Made by a program: the position numbers and the translations under genes | In this document: one piece after another, positions 51,433-60,932 of the stretch | How positions within the stretch are numbered: position 1 is the stretch's first letter | Layout of the letters: every line of letters starts with the position of its first letter | The notes under the pieces: model-generated | The model's database searches: none | What the model saw: the letters and a program-made list of their open reading frames with translations, nothing else | Told to the model about the DNA's origin: nothing | Assembly: GCA_963795945.1 (NCBI GenBank) | Contig: CAWCJN010000001.1 | Coordinates: forward strand, 410,774 to 474,773 | Reading direction: 5' to 3' | Source: an uncultured Pseudomonadota bacterium | GTDB lineage: Bacteria; Desulfobacterota; Binatia; Binatales; Binataceae | DNA: 64,000 nucleotides

Positions 51433-52859
51433 ATGTCCTCTCATCTTTCTAAGCCCAAACTCCTTTCGAACGAGCAGCCGCGAATCGATATGTTGCGTAA
51501 GCTGCCGTCAGTTGAGGAATGCCTCTCGATAGCCGAGTGCGAGCCCGCGCTGGCCCGCTTCGCTCTAACGTATCTTAAAGATGCGATTCGCAATGCGCTT
51601 GCACATCTTCGAAGCGAAATCGTTAATTCCGGAGCTGATTACGAAGATCGCAACGCTCTGAGTCAGGAAGTTTTGCGGCGGGTGCGGATCGCGATCGAGG
51701 CGGACACATTGAAACTCTCGCCGGTGGTCAATGCGACGGGAACCGTGCTGCATACCAATTTCGGACGGGCCCTGCTTGCTGAGAGCGCGGTAGAAGCGAT
51801 GATCGACGCCGCGCGCTCATCGGTCAATCTTGAATATGATCTGGCCAGCGGCGCGCGCGGCGATCGCGACACATTAGTAAGCGACACGCTTTGCGCTCTA
51901 ACGGGCGCGGAGGCCGCAACGATCGTCAACAACAACGCCGCGGCGGTATTGTTGATCTTGAACACGCTTGCCGAAGAACGCGAAGTAATTGTTTCGCGCG
52001 GTGAACTGGTCGAGATTGGCGGATCGTTTCGCATCCCGGAGGTGATGGCGCGTAGCGGCGCACGTCTGCATGAGGTCGGCGCTACCAACCGTACTCATCT
52101 GCGCGACTATGCTGACGCGATCGGGCCCGCAACCGCCTTGCTGATGAAGGTGCATCCGTCGAACTTCCGCATCGTCGGCTTCACCGCCGAAGTTGGCCTT
52201 GCCGAGCTGGTCGAGCTGGGGCGCGCTCACGATCTTATGGTCATTGAAGATTTGGGCGCAGGCGCGCTAGTTGATATGAGCGTTTATGGACTGCCGCGCG
52301 AACCGATCGTGGCGGAGAGAATAGCTGCGGGTGCAGGGTTGGTGAGCTTTTCGGGTGACAAGCTGCTCGGCGGTCCGCAGGCCGGGATAATTGTCGGTCG
52401 CCGGAAGTTAGTCGAGCAGTTGAAAAGCAATCCATTATGGCGCGCGATTCGATGCGACAAGTTGCGGCTGGCGGCGCTCGAAGCAACCTTACGGCTGTAT
52501 TTGCGCAGTCGTCATCTCGTCGAGGAGCTGCCGACTTTGCGCCTGCTCCTGCGCCCGCTCGATCAGCTCGACAGGATTGCTCAGGCAGCGGCGGCAATTC
52601 TGACACAGCGGCTGGGGGCCAATTTCAAGCTCGAGATTGTCGCCTCAATCGCGCAGATCGGTTCGGTGCGCTGCCGATGGAGCAACTTGAATCGCGGGCC
52701 ATCCGTATAACTCATTCATCGATTGGTGCGGAAGCAATCGCAGCGGGCTTTCGTCGCGCAAGAGTTGTCGGCCGCATCCACAACGGTTCGTTTCTGCTGG
52801 ACCTGCGCGCGATCGAAACTGCGAACGCGCTTGCGGTCGATTATATGTTCCATCGATGA
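51433..52859 (+). CDS. selA: L-seryl-tRNA(Sec) selenium transferase (frameshift near 52665)
   Basis: V.NATG.VLHTNFGRA, VNNNAAAV, SRGELVEIGGSFR, H.SNF, FSGDKLLGGPQAG, RA.R.DK; the second frame continues G.LPME…LLDLR. Confidence 0.92.
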
Positions 52860-52935
52860 ATTTGCGCTTGCGATCGTGGACAGCAAGAGCAAGACTGAAT
52901 AAGCAATCCTGATTTCTGTTGAATGGGGGCGCTTC

Positions 52936-53151
52936 ATGCCTGACAAAACCTACAAAATCGTGGATGTGGTCGGCGTATCCGATGAAAGCATCCATCAAGC
53001 CGTGCGCAATGCGATGACCAAGGCGAGTCAAACCTTACGCAATATCGACTGGTTTGAAGTGAAGAATATCCGCGGTGCGATGCATGGCAACGGGCTTCAG
53101 TTCCAGGTCGAGGTGCGGATCGGATTTCGGCTCGAAGGCTCGCCAGTCTGA
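52936..53151 (+). CDS. Dodecin (flavin-binding)
   Basis: TYK..DVVG.S.ES…A..NA…A..TLRN.DWFEV..IRG, FQV.V.IGF.L. Confidence 0.9.
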   Translation: MPDKTYKIVDVVGVSDESIHQAVRNAMTKASQTLRNIDWFEVKNIRGAMHGNGLQFQVEVRIGFRLEGSPV

Positions 53152-53274
53152 TCCATTCTCGCGTCAGTATAGCGCAGCTTGGTCAGTTGCTGATCGGCGC
53201 TGGTTGTTGGTTTTCGGCTAGTCTCACGGTTATCATCGACTCCGGATGATAATCGGCGGAGGCCAAAGCCAATC

Positions 53275-54831
53275 ATGAATAGCTGTCCGCGCTGCAGCAG
53301 AACCTATCCCGATGTCGAGCGGTTCTGTCAGGACGATGGAACCGCTCTGGTTCCCGCCGCTCAGGGGGGGAGTCGGGCGACGACGGTCATGACCGATGAT
53401 CCGGCCGTCGAGACGCCCGGCGGTATCGAATGTCCGGTCTGCGGCGGCAGGTCTCAGCCGGGCGAGGTCATCTGCAATTTTTGCGGGACCCGCTTGGCGG
53501 CAAGTTCCGCGGAAATGTCGCCACCCCCTGCAAATCCCAACACAGCGGCCCGCACTCGGGTCTCACCAGAAGGCTTCGTTCCCGCCAGTGACCGTGTCGG
53601 CTCCGGTCAATTCGCGGCTCCATCAGAGGTGCTTCCGCCCGCGGAAGAGAGCACTGGGCGAAGCATATTCGGCCTTCTGGGGTTCGCGATTGCGGCGATT
53701 ATCGCACTTGCCGGAGGCGCGTGGCTGGCGATTTATCTGAGCAATCGGCATCAACCAGCGCCGATCGCGCAGGCCTCTCCGTCACCCGCGGCGATTAATA
53801 CTCCGGGGGTCGTACTGGCGAAAACTATTCCGATCCAGACCGGCACTGGCGCGGCCGCCGTGCCGTCGCGCAACACCGCCACACTCTCTCAAGTCTTCAA
53901 TGATAATAAAGCTGCGCTCGACGACATTTATCGCGGAGCGCTCGCCTCAAACGCCGGTTTAGACGACGGCATGATCCTGCGCCTGCACATTAATCCCGAT
54001 GGGACCGTTAGTGACTCCTCGGTTCGGGTCTCGACGGCGCCTAATCCGAGCCTGGATGCTGACGTGGTGAAAGCCGCGTCGGCGTGGAAGTTCGGATCAG
54101 TTACCGGGGGCGCGATCGATGCTGACTATCCGATAATTTTTGCAAGCGCGCCCTCCAGTATTCCGACTGTCGAGGCGGCCTTGAGCGACAAGCTTGCTAG
54201 CTTGGGGCTGAATGAAGCGCCGGAATATGCACTCTCGCCCTCAGCGCCGCCGACTCCTGAAATGGCTGCGTCACCGGTTCCTTCTGCCACTGGCCCCGCC
54301 GTCGCGGCGCTGCCTCCAGAATCTGTTACAACGCCGCCAGCGGTGGCGCCCGCACCGGCTCGGCATAAGCATCGCGCGACCGCCGCACTACGCCCGCCGG
54401 CACCGCCGCCGCCATTGCCGCTGCGCGAGCGCGTTAATAACGCATTGGCGGCTAATCTCAAACTTCGCCGCGTTCAGGTCTATACCAGCGGCGGCAACGC
54501 TACACTCTATGGCAAGGTTTTCGACGCTAACGACCAGGTGCTGGCAGAACGTACCGCACGCGGTGTACCCGGCGTTACATCAGTGACTAATAACTTGACC
54601 ACCGACGAACAAGACTGGGCAAGAAATGCCAGTCTCATCAACCAACAATTGCAAAGCGCTGGTTTAACTGGCGTGACGGTCAAAGTGATAGGCAAAAGCG
54701 CTTATCTTGATGGTGAGGTCAAAACTGACGCAGATAAGGATCGTGCCGTTACAATCGCTCAATCAGCGGCGCCAGTAACTGTACGAGTAAACCTGATTCG
54801 GGTGAAACCCGGCGGGGTTTTTTCGTTCTGA
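53275..54831 (+). CDS. Membrane protein: zinc ribbons, TM, TonB-C-like domain and two BON domains
   Basis: CPRC…C, CPVC…CNFC, TM (FAIAAIIALAGGAWLAIY), INPDG.V….V..S…LD..V..A…WKF, LYG.V…..LA…A..V.GV.SV.N.L, L.G.V…..K..A…A. Confidence 0.7.
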   Translation: MNSCPRCSRTYPDVERFCQDDGTALVPAAQGGSRATTVMTDDPAVETPGGIECPVCGGRSQPGEVICNFCGTRLAASSAEMSPPPANPNTAARTRVSPEGFVPASDRVGSGQFAAPSEVLPPAEESTGRSIFGLLGFAIAAIIALAGGAWLAIYLSNRHQPAPIAQASPSPAAINTPGVVLAKTIPIQTGTGAAAVPSRNTATLSQVFNDNKAALDDIYRGALASNAGLDDGMILRLHINPDGTVSDSSVRVSTAPNPSLDADVVKAASAWKFGSVTGGAIDADYPIIFASAPSSIPTVEAALSDKLASLGLNEAPEYALSPSAPPTPEMAASPVPSATGPAVAALPPESVTTPPAVAPAPARHKHRATAALRPPAPPPPLPLRERVNNALAANLKLRRVQVYTSGGNATLYGKVFDANDQVLAERTARGVPGVTSVTNNLTTDEQDWARNASLINQQLQSAGLTGVTVKVIGKSAYLDGEVKTDADKDRAVTIAQSAAPVTVRVNLIRVKPGGVFSF

Positions 54832-54965
54832 TCCGGCACTCGACGAAGAGTTAAAGTGAGCACCTTTCGAGCCCCGCTATTGACATTCTTTTGGGCTGCC
54901 GATTATATGGATCAAAGTAAGGATGTTCATTTTTTTGCTCCCATCAGGAGGTTCGTATCCCCGAC

Positions 54966-55295
54966 ATGCCAGATGAGCCTACATCGTGTCAGCAGGTCTT
55001 TGATCAGATGCCCAGTCGTCTTAACAAGGACGCGGCAAAAGGCCTGAATGCGGTCTATCAGTTTGACCTGTCTGGTGATGATGGTGGTAAGTGGGCTGTG
55101 CTGATCAACAATGATCAGTGCGAAGTGCAGCAAGGAGCACATGCGGCTCCCAATATTACGATCTCGATGAGCGCAAAAGACTATCTTGATATGGTAGCGG
55201 GCAAGCTCAACGGCCAAATGGCTTTCATGACTGGTAAACTCAGAATCGCGGGCGATATGGGTCTCGCGCTTAAGCTTCAAAGCCTATTCGCGTAA
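54966..55295 (+). CDS. SCP2 sterol/lipid-binding domain protein
   Basis: F…P…N..AA.GL.AVYQF.L.GD.GG.W, D…..G.L.GQ.AFM.GKL.I.GD..LA.KL. SD AGGAGG. Confidence 0.9.
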   Translation: MPDEPTSCQQVFDQMPSRLNKDAAKGLNAVYQFDLSGDDGGKWAVLINNDQCEVQQGAHAAPNITISMSAKDYLDMVAGKLNGQMAFMTGKLRIAGDMGLALKLQSLFA

Positions 55296-55540
55296 ACAAA
55301 ACCTCTCTCGAAGTTCTTTTCAGTTTAATTTATAATCGTTTCTTAGACGAAAACCAGCCAAATCACCCCATACGGGGATGTTTCTACGCAGAGTTACAGA
55401 TCGATACAAATCAATCTCGCGCGATGAAGTTGACGCTTCATCACGCCGCAAAAATTTATCTGCTTCGCTAATTTATTTGACAAATAAAGTTGTCTGAGGG
55501 AAACAATCGCTTGGATAGCAATGTTGTAAAAAGGAGACCA

Positions 55541-55822
55541 ATGAGTCCGCAAAATAACGCTGACCAAGCGTCGCAAGAGGACGAACTTGCGCAGAAGGCT
55601 GATCGAGAAACTGATTCAGTTACAAATAAGCTCAGTAAAGAGCTTAGCAATTGGCGTCGGAAGAGAACCGGCGGCCGCCCCCATCGTCATGATGGGCCGG
55701 GCGCAGGCTTTCAATCAGACTCCGCGCGCACCATTAAGGTTCGAGGTCATGAAACGCTGGTTATCCGTAAATCCAAAGGCTCGGTCAAGCCACCGACTAA
55801 TACACACGACTCGGGCCGCTAG
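55541..55822 (+). CDS. Small hydrophilic hypothetical protein
   Basis: AAGGAG 4 nt before ATG 55541. 93-aa, acidic then basic, low-complexity product; no recognised motif. Confidence 0.4.
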   Translation: MSPQNNADQASQEDELAQKADRETDSVTNKLSKELSNWRRKRTGGRPHRHDGPGAGFQSDSARTIKVRGHETLVIRKSKGSVKPPTNTHDSGR

Positions 55823-55879
55823 TCGAACTCGGAGCTGATTGCGGCTGCTTTCCGCCGCGACTAGCCGTTATATCCGTGA

Positions 55880-57106
55880 TCAGGAACGGAAAATCGCGAC
55901 TGGCAATTCGCGTGAGGCTTGACGCGCCGGATATACCGCCGCCAGCCAGCATAGTGCGACTGACGCACATGCCACCAACGCGAAGCTGAGCGGGTTAGCA
56001 TCGATCGGGAGCGTCGAAATTCCGTAGATTTTCTTCTCGATATGGATGAAGTGGTAGTGAGCCAGGATAAAACATCCGGCAGCGCCAATTATTAAACCAG
56101 CCGCGGTACCGACTGAGCCGACGATCAATCCTTTGAGCACGAAGATGCGCCGCACGCCTGAACGGGTCGCGCCCATCGCCATCAGCACGGCGATGTCTTT
56201 GCGCTTTTCCATCACCACCATGATCAGCGTAGCGACCAGATTGAACGCGGCGACCCCAATCAGCATCAGGAGCACGATGGCGTAAACGCGTTTGAGCAGT
56301 TCGAAGCCCGCGGCCGCGGCCTGATTGTATTCCATCCAGTTGCTGACGCGGAATCCATTGCCAAAAAGCCTGCGCAAGGTCGCGGTAATGGCTACTGTGT
56401 CGTCCAGATTGGCGAGCCGAACCTCGATTCCGTCCACACGTCCTTCGCGGCCAAAGAATTTTTGTGCGCTGCCGAGTCCCATGAACATCAGGTCGCGATC
56501 AACCAGCGCAATACCGGTCTCAAAAATTGCGCCGATCATGAAATGCCCGGTTCGCGTGGTCAGGTTCGTGTCGCCGCCGGCGATTATCGGCACGACTAGA
56601 TTCACCGGATCGCCGGCTTTCACGTTGAGCCGCTCCGCCATCGTCGAGCCGATCGCAACTGTTCCGTCGTCTTTAGTCGTGACGCCTGTGAGGCTTTTGA
56701 GGGGTCCTTGCTGGATGTAGTTGCGCAAGCGGTCGATTACTACTGCGTTGCCGGGTTCCACCCCACGCACGAACACTCCGCTCAGACCGTGCGCCGATGA
56801 CGCCATCCCTTGTCCGACGATAAACGGATCGGAACCGGTGACTCCCTTGACGCTGCTTATGCGGGCCTGAATCTCACCGTAATTTCTGAGACTGCCCGTG
56901 TTACTCTGCACCTCGACTTGCGGCGTGAGGCTCAAGATGCGTTGGCGGAGACTGGACTGAAATCCGCGCATCACTGCCAGGACGATGATGAGCGCTGCCA
57001 CGCCCAGCATCACACCGACGGCGGTGAAAATCGTCGTGATCGAAATAAAGGCGTCACGCCGCCGCGCGCGGAGATAACGCATAGCGATTTGTAGTTCGTA
57101 GTTCAA
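55880..57106 (-). CDS. lolE: Lipoprotein-releasing ABC permease (LolC/E family)
   Basis: IA.RYLR.RRR..FIS, GV.LGV.ALI.VL.VM.GF, AAFN…TL.M.V.EK..DIA.L.AMGAT, YPAR.A. Confidence 0.88.
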   Translation of the reverse strand: MNYELQIAMRYLRARRRDAFISITTIFTAVGVMLGVAALIIVLAVMRGFQSSLRQRILSLTPQVEVQSNTGSLRNYGEIQARISSVKGVTGSDPFIVGQGMASSAHGLSGVFVRGVEPGNAVVIDRLRNYIQQGPLKSLTGVTTKDDGTVAIGSTMAERLNVKAGDPVNLVVPIIAGGDTNLTTRTGHFMIGAIFETGIALVDRDLMFMGLGSAQKFFGREGRVDGIEVRLANLDDTVAITATLRRLFGNGFRVSNWMEYNQAAAAGFELLKRVYAIVLLMLIGVAAFNLVATLIMVVMEKRKDIAVLMAMGATRSGVRRIFVLKGLIVGSVGTAAGLIIGAAGCFILAHYHFIHIEKKIYGISTLPIDANPLSFALVACASVALCWLAAVYPARQASRELPVAIFRS

Positions 57107-57350
57107 GTTCGGATAGTTCGCGAGTGCCTTAGGATTGAGATTCGTTGATTTGCCATGAGCTTAGCTGCTCAAAGCTGTCAGCGTCCATCCTTGACTGAGG
57201 GAATTATCTGACACCACCCTGCTCGCGCGTCTAAACTATGTATGCGTGACAGGCCGGACCGCCGGTTAAGGAGGAGTAGGGAACACCAAGTAAGGAACAG
57301 CACTGGGGTTAGAGCGAAGCATCTACTGCTGTTCGGTTTTTTGCTCCTGT

Positions 57351-58088
57351 TCACGCTCGTCGGAAGTTTCGCACGGGGGGGGCAAAACGGAGTCTATCGT
57401 CAGGGTGCACTCGCAAGGGAGACCGCGCCGGTATCTCGGGATAGACATATCCGCACTTACCCGTCACGACCAAGTTCAGCGCCTCAATGGTTGGACTATA
57501 AGTTGCCAGAAAGTTGGCACAGCTATAGCCGCCAAATTCATCACAGTATTCAAAGAACCCTTCGAGGATGATTTGCTGCCGTCCGTTGTCAGCGGCGGTC
57601 AGATCGCTTTGGGGAATTCGATTTTCAAAAGGGATTTGGCGGTCCGAGCCCGCTGGAAGGCCGATTCCTCCCGGTATGCGCTCCTCTGCCTTCCCATCCT
57701 TACTGATCAGTCGAACCATGTGCTGTTGGGTACCAGTGTCATCATAATCGAACAACTGGACGTTGAAATTAAGCGCTGGTCCTTGGCCGCCATTATGAAA
57801 GAAAAGGAGGAAGCCTGCCTTTTCTTTGCCAATTTGAGGGTTGGGCTTAATAATACTACCAAAACTTCCGTGCTGCTTTCCGGGGATTACGTAAGGCAAA
57901 TGGCCACGCTGGAAATTTTGTTGAACCAATACGTTAGTCGTACGCGAGGTTTTCAACAGGCAGTAAGTTAAGCCCGCATAGATGATTACAGCGACTAGGG
58001 TAGCCAGCTCGATCCGTAATTTTATTACCTCGAGGCGATACTTACGGTCCGCATTGGCATCTGGATGATTGCTTGGGGATGACGGCAA
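57351..58088 (-). CDS. Membrane-anchored hypothetical protein (passenger), same motif family as 45367..46296
   Basis: TM LATLVAVIIYAGLTY, HLPYV, FHNGGQGPA, GFFEYCDEFG. Lower GC. A G8 run at 57375-57382 may shift the C-terminus. Confidence 0.6.
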   Translation of the reverse strand: MPSSPSNHPDANADRKYRLEVIKLRIELATLVAVIIYAGLTYCLLKTSRTTNVLVQQNFQRGHLPYVIPGKQHGSFGSIIKPNPQIGKEKAGFLLFFHNGGQGPALNFNVQLFDYDDTGTQQHMVRLISKDGKAEERIPGGIGLPAGSDRQIPFENRIPQSDLTAADNGRQQIILEGFFEYCDEFGGYSCANFLATYSPTIEALNLVVTGKCGYVYPEIPARSPLRVHPDDRLRFAPPVRNFRRA

Positions 58089-58308
58089 GTCTGTTTTTAC
58101 TCCAGAGCTTTGGGCACTTGTGTTTTAAGCACTCTCTGCGCTTTATTCTTTAGGCGCACAATTTGTTCTTCGTCGGAAATCGGAACGCGAGTTGCGCGTC
58201 CGCCTCCGGCTGGCTTCTCGTTCGCGCCATTTTACCTCGCGAATGGCAGGAATAGCTGCCGTGGTTTGCTGATTCTCGATTACCGGGAGCACCGGCAGCA
58301 CAGCGTAC

Positions 58309-58530
58309 TCAGCATTCTGCTATCACGCGGTCGAAAACCTCAGGATTCTTGCGGTTGTTGAACTTTCGTTTGTTGAACCGGAAGGAAACTCGTTGAGGTG
58401 CAGCGGCAAATATTTTGCCGGCACCTTGTGATAATTCTCGATGATACCGCGTTTGAGTAGGACCAAAACGATTCAATGGTTTGAGTATGAATGCGGTCTC
58501 CAACGTACTCGTAATTTGGAATGGTTATAG
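58309..58530 (-). pseudogene. IS1595-family transposase C-terminal remnant
   Basis: Three frames join to IHTQTIESFWS-LLKRGIIENYHKVPAKYLPLHLNEF-FRFN..NRKNPEVFDRVIAEC. Confidence 0.75.
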
Positions 58531-58594
58531 AACCGTGCGGCCATTCCCTTGACAATTAAGCGAATAAAAAGCGAAACTCGGTAGAGGTGAGCAT

Positions 58595-59566
58595 ATGAAC
58601 CTCGGGCCAGAGCTTCCACTATCCATCACGCCCGCCGGACCGGACCATCTCCGGGATGTCGAATTTATCGAGATGCCGGTCAAGCAAATCCTCAATCGAT
58701 GCACCAGCCTGCGAATGCCGTTTCGGTGGACGATTAATCCGTATCGCGGATGTGAGTTCGGCTGCGTCTATTGCTACGCGCGTTACACGCATGAATTTCT
58801 CGAGCAGCGCGACCCGATGGCTTTCGAACGGAGAATTTTCGTCAAGAAACGGGCCGCGGAGGCGCTCGCGCGTAATCTCACGCATACCGCGCTTGGAACC
58901 GATCGGATAGCGCTCGGCACGGCGACTGATCCCTATCAACCGGCCGAGCGCAAATTTGGGCTGACTCGCTCGATGCTCGAAGTATTTGCGCGACTCGGCG
59001 GGATTAATCTTTCGATCACGACTAAGTCGCCGCTGATAATCCGCGATATCGAACTGCTGCGGACGATCAATGAGCGATCTAAACTAATGATTAATTTTTC
59101 ATTGGCTACCCTAAGTCGACGCTTGCAACGAATTCTTGAACCACGCGCTCCGCGACCGGCTTTGAGACTGCGAGCGATTAAGGCGCTGAGTGAAGCCGGT
59201 ATTCGCTGCAACGTGCTGGTGGCGCCAGTAATTCCGGGAATTACGGACCATCCGGCGGCGCTTGAAAACGTCATCAGGATGGCGCGGTGGGCGGGTGCGT
59301 CAGCTGTCTGGTGGCGGTCGCTCTATCTGATGCCCGCAGCGGCGCGGCGCTTTTTGCCCTTTATACGCGAGCATTTTCCGGCGCACCGTACGCGTTTCGA
59401 AGATTATTACGGGGGCAAAGCTTATGCACCAGCTGACTACGACGCGCAGGTCGCGCCGATTTTCGATGCGTTGCGGCAAAAGTACGGATTCGAGGTGGCG
59501 CGCGCCGACGCTAACCTGACAGCGCTCACTGCTTCAGCGACTGGCGCTCAGCTCACACTCTACTGA
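58595..59566 (+). CDS. Radical SAM protein, Rv2578c/SplB-like family
   Basis: INPYRGCEFGCVYCYAR (CxxxCxxC), GTATDPYQP.E, ITTKS.LI.RD, LEPRAP.P..RL. Confidence 0.9.
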   Translation: MNLGPELPLSITPAGPDHLRDVEFIEMPVKQILNRCTSLRMPFRWTINPYRGCEFGCVYCYARYTHEFLEQRDPMAFERRIFVKKRAAEALARNLTHTALGTDRIALGTATDPYQPAERKFGLTRSMLEVFARLGGINLSITTKSPLIIRDIELLRTINERSKLMINFSLATLSRRLQRILEPRAPRPALRLRAIKALSEAGIRCNVLVAPVIPGITDHPAALENVIRMARWAGASAVWWRSLYLMPAAARRFLPFIREHFPAHRTRFEDYYGGKAYAPADYDAQVAPIFDALRQKYGFEVARADANLTALTASATGAQLTLY

Positions 59567-59596
59567 GCGTTGATTTTTGTTCCTCTGGTTTTTGGA

Positions 59597-59683
59597 TGGT
59601 GCGCGGGGCGGGACTTGAACCCGCACGGTATTTCTACCACGAGCCCCTCAAACTCGCGTGTCTGCCTGTTCCACCACCCGCGC
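59597..59683 (-). tRNA. tRNA-Leu (anticodon GAG)
   Basis: Reverse complement gcgcgggtggtggaacaggcagacacgcgagtttgaggggctcgtggtagaaataccgtgcgggttcaagtcccgccccgcgcacca: long variable arm, TTCAA T-loop, encoded CCA. Confidence 0.95.
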
Positions 59684-59684
59684 A

Positions 59685-60107
59685 CTAACGAGACCGTTGA
59701 GCGACGACCAAGCCCGAAAACGTAAGCGTTATCTGTTTTGCCGCCGGAGAGGCCGGCGCGACCGGATGCGGCGCGGTTGCGGGCGCTTTGACCGGCGGCG
59801 GCATCACCGGCGCACCGACATTACCGCGCGGCAAACTGTTCAAGGGAATTCGGCCACCCTCAAAGATACTGCCGGTAACCCGTCGTGTCGATGAATACGC
59901 CAAGATAATCGAAGTTGCGAAAAAGACGATCGCGCAGCTCCAGGTTACTTTAGTTAATAGATTGCCTGCACCACTCGCCCCAAATACCGTCTGACTCGAA
60001 CCGCCGAACACCGCACCCACATCAGCGCCTTTACCCTGTTGCAGCAGAACGACAGTGACCAACGTAAGACAAACAATAATATGAATTACGACTATAATCG
60101 TGATCAT
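59685..60107 (-). CDS. secG: Preprotein translocase subunit SecG
   Basis: H..VC..LV..VLLQQGKGA..GA.FGG.SQT.FGASG..N.LTK.T. Canonical position between tpiA and tRNA-Leu. Confidence 0.92.
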   Translation of the reverse strand: MITIIVVIHIIVCLTLVTVVLLQQGKGADVGAVFGGSSQTVFGASGAGNLLTKVTWSCAIVFFATSIILAYSSTRRVTGSIFEGGRIPLNSLPRGNVGAPVMPPPVKAPATAPHPVAPASPAAKQITLTFSGLVVAQRSR

Positions 60108-60119
60108 CAGAACCTAGAT

Positions 60120-60893
60120 TTAGCCGAGCTTGGCGCGCGCGATACGCGCAAAGGAGGCTGCCTTCAAGCTTGCCCCACCGACCAAAGCCCCGTCAATATC
60201 GGGCTTGGCCATCAGAGAGTCGACATTCTCGGCAGTGACGCTGCCGCCATAGAGAATTCGGATGCTGTCGGCGTCCGAGCGCGAGAAGTGGTCGGCAAGG
60301 GCCTCGCGGATTGCCGCATGGACCTGCTGCGCCTGTTCCGGAGTCGCATTGCGGCCAGTGCCAATCGCCCAGACCGGCTCGTAGGCGATAATCACGCGAG
60401 CGGAATTATCGCCTTTCAGGGCGGCCAGTCCTGCCTGAAGTTGGCTCAGAACAACTTCAATCGAGCGCCCGGCATCCCGATCGGTCAGAGTCTCGCCGAC
60501 ACATAATATAGCGTTGAATCGTTGGGCGATCGCGCCCGCGACCCGTTTACCGATTAACTCGTCGGTTTCACCGAATACATGACGGCGTTCCGAATGGCCG
60601 AGGATCACATGGGTTATGCCGAACGCTTTGAGCATCGCGCCGGAAACTTCGCCGGTGAACGCGCCTTTCTCCTCGAAGTGCATATTCTGTGCGCCGAGCA
60701 GAATTGACGAGCCCGCCAGCGCCTGCGATACCGCTGGAATGGTCAGGAACGGCGGGGCGACCAGGACTTCACGATCGGCAAAGAAGGCCGCCGCGTCCGG
60801 ATCAAGCTCGCGGCGCAACTCAGCGATGAGAGCTCGTCCCTCGGTCGGAGTCAGGTTCATTTTCCAATTGCCAGCAAAAAGCTTCTTGCGCAT
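60120..60893 (-). CDS. tpiA: Triosephosphate isomerase
   Basis: AGNWKMN, GAQN, GAFTGEVS, LGHSERR, AYEPVWAIGTG, GALVGGASL. Confidence 0.96.
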   Translation of the reverse strand: MRKKLFAGNWKMNLTPTEGRALIAELRRELDPDAAAFFADREVLVAPPFLTIPAVSQALAGSSILLGAQNMHFEEKGAFTGEVSGAMLKAFGITHVILGHSERRHVFGETDELIGKRVAGAIAQRFNAILCVGETLTDRDAGRSIEVVLSQLQAGLAALKGDNSARVIIAYEPVWAIGTGRNATPEQAQQVHAAIREALADHFSRSDADSIRILYGGSVTAENVDSLMAKPDIDGALVGGASLKAASFARIARAKLG

Positions 60894-60932
60894 TTTGAAT
60901 CCGTTCTATTCTTAATTAGGAACCGGCGATCT

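Larger units (their letters stand above)
57199..58548 (-). mobile_element. Candidate internally deleted, non-autonomous IS1595-family element carrying a passenger gene
   Basis: Left end GGGAATTATCTG (57199); right end ATTCCC (58543-58548); flanks ttgactga and ttgacaat; contains a transposase remnant. Confidence 0.5.

Noticed and set aside
59566-59700. Prophage or ICE attachment at tRNA-Leu
   Set aside because: No integrase and no duplicated tRNA 3' end seen in the window.
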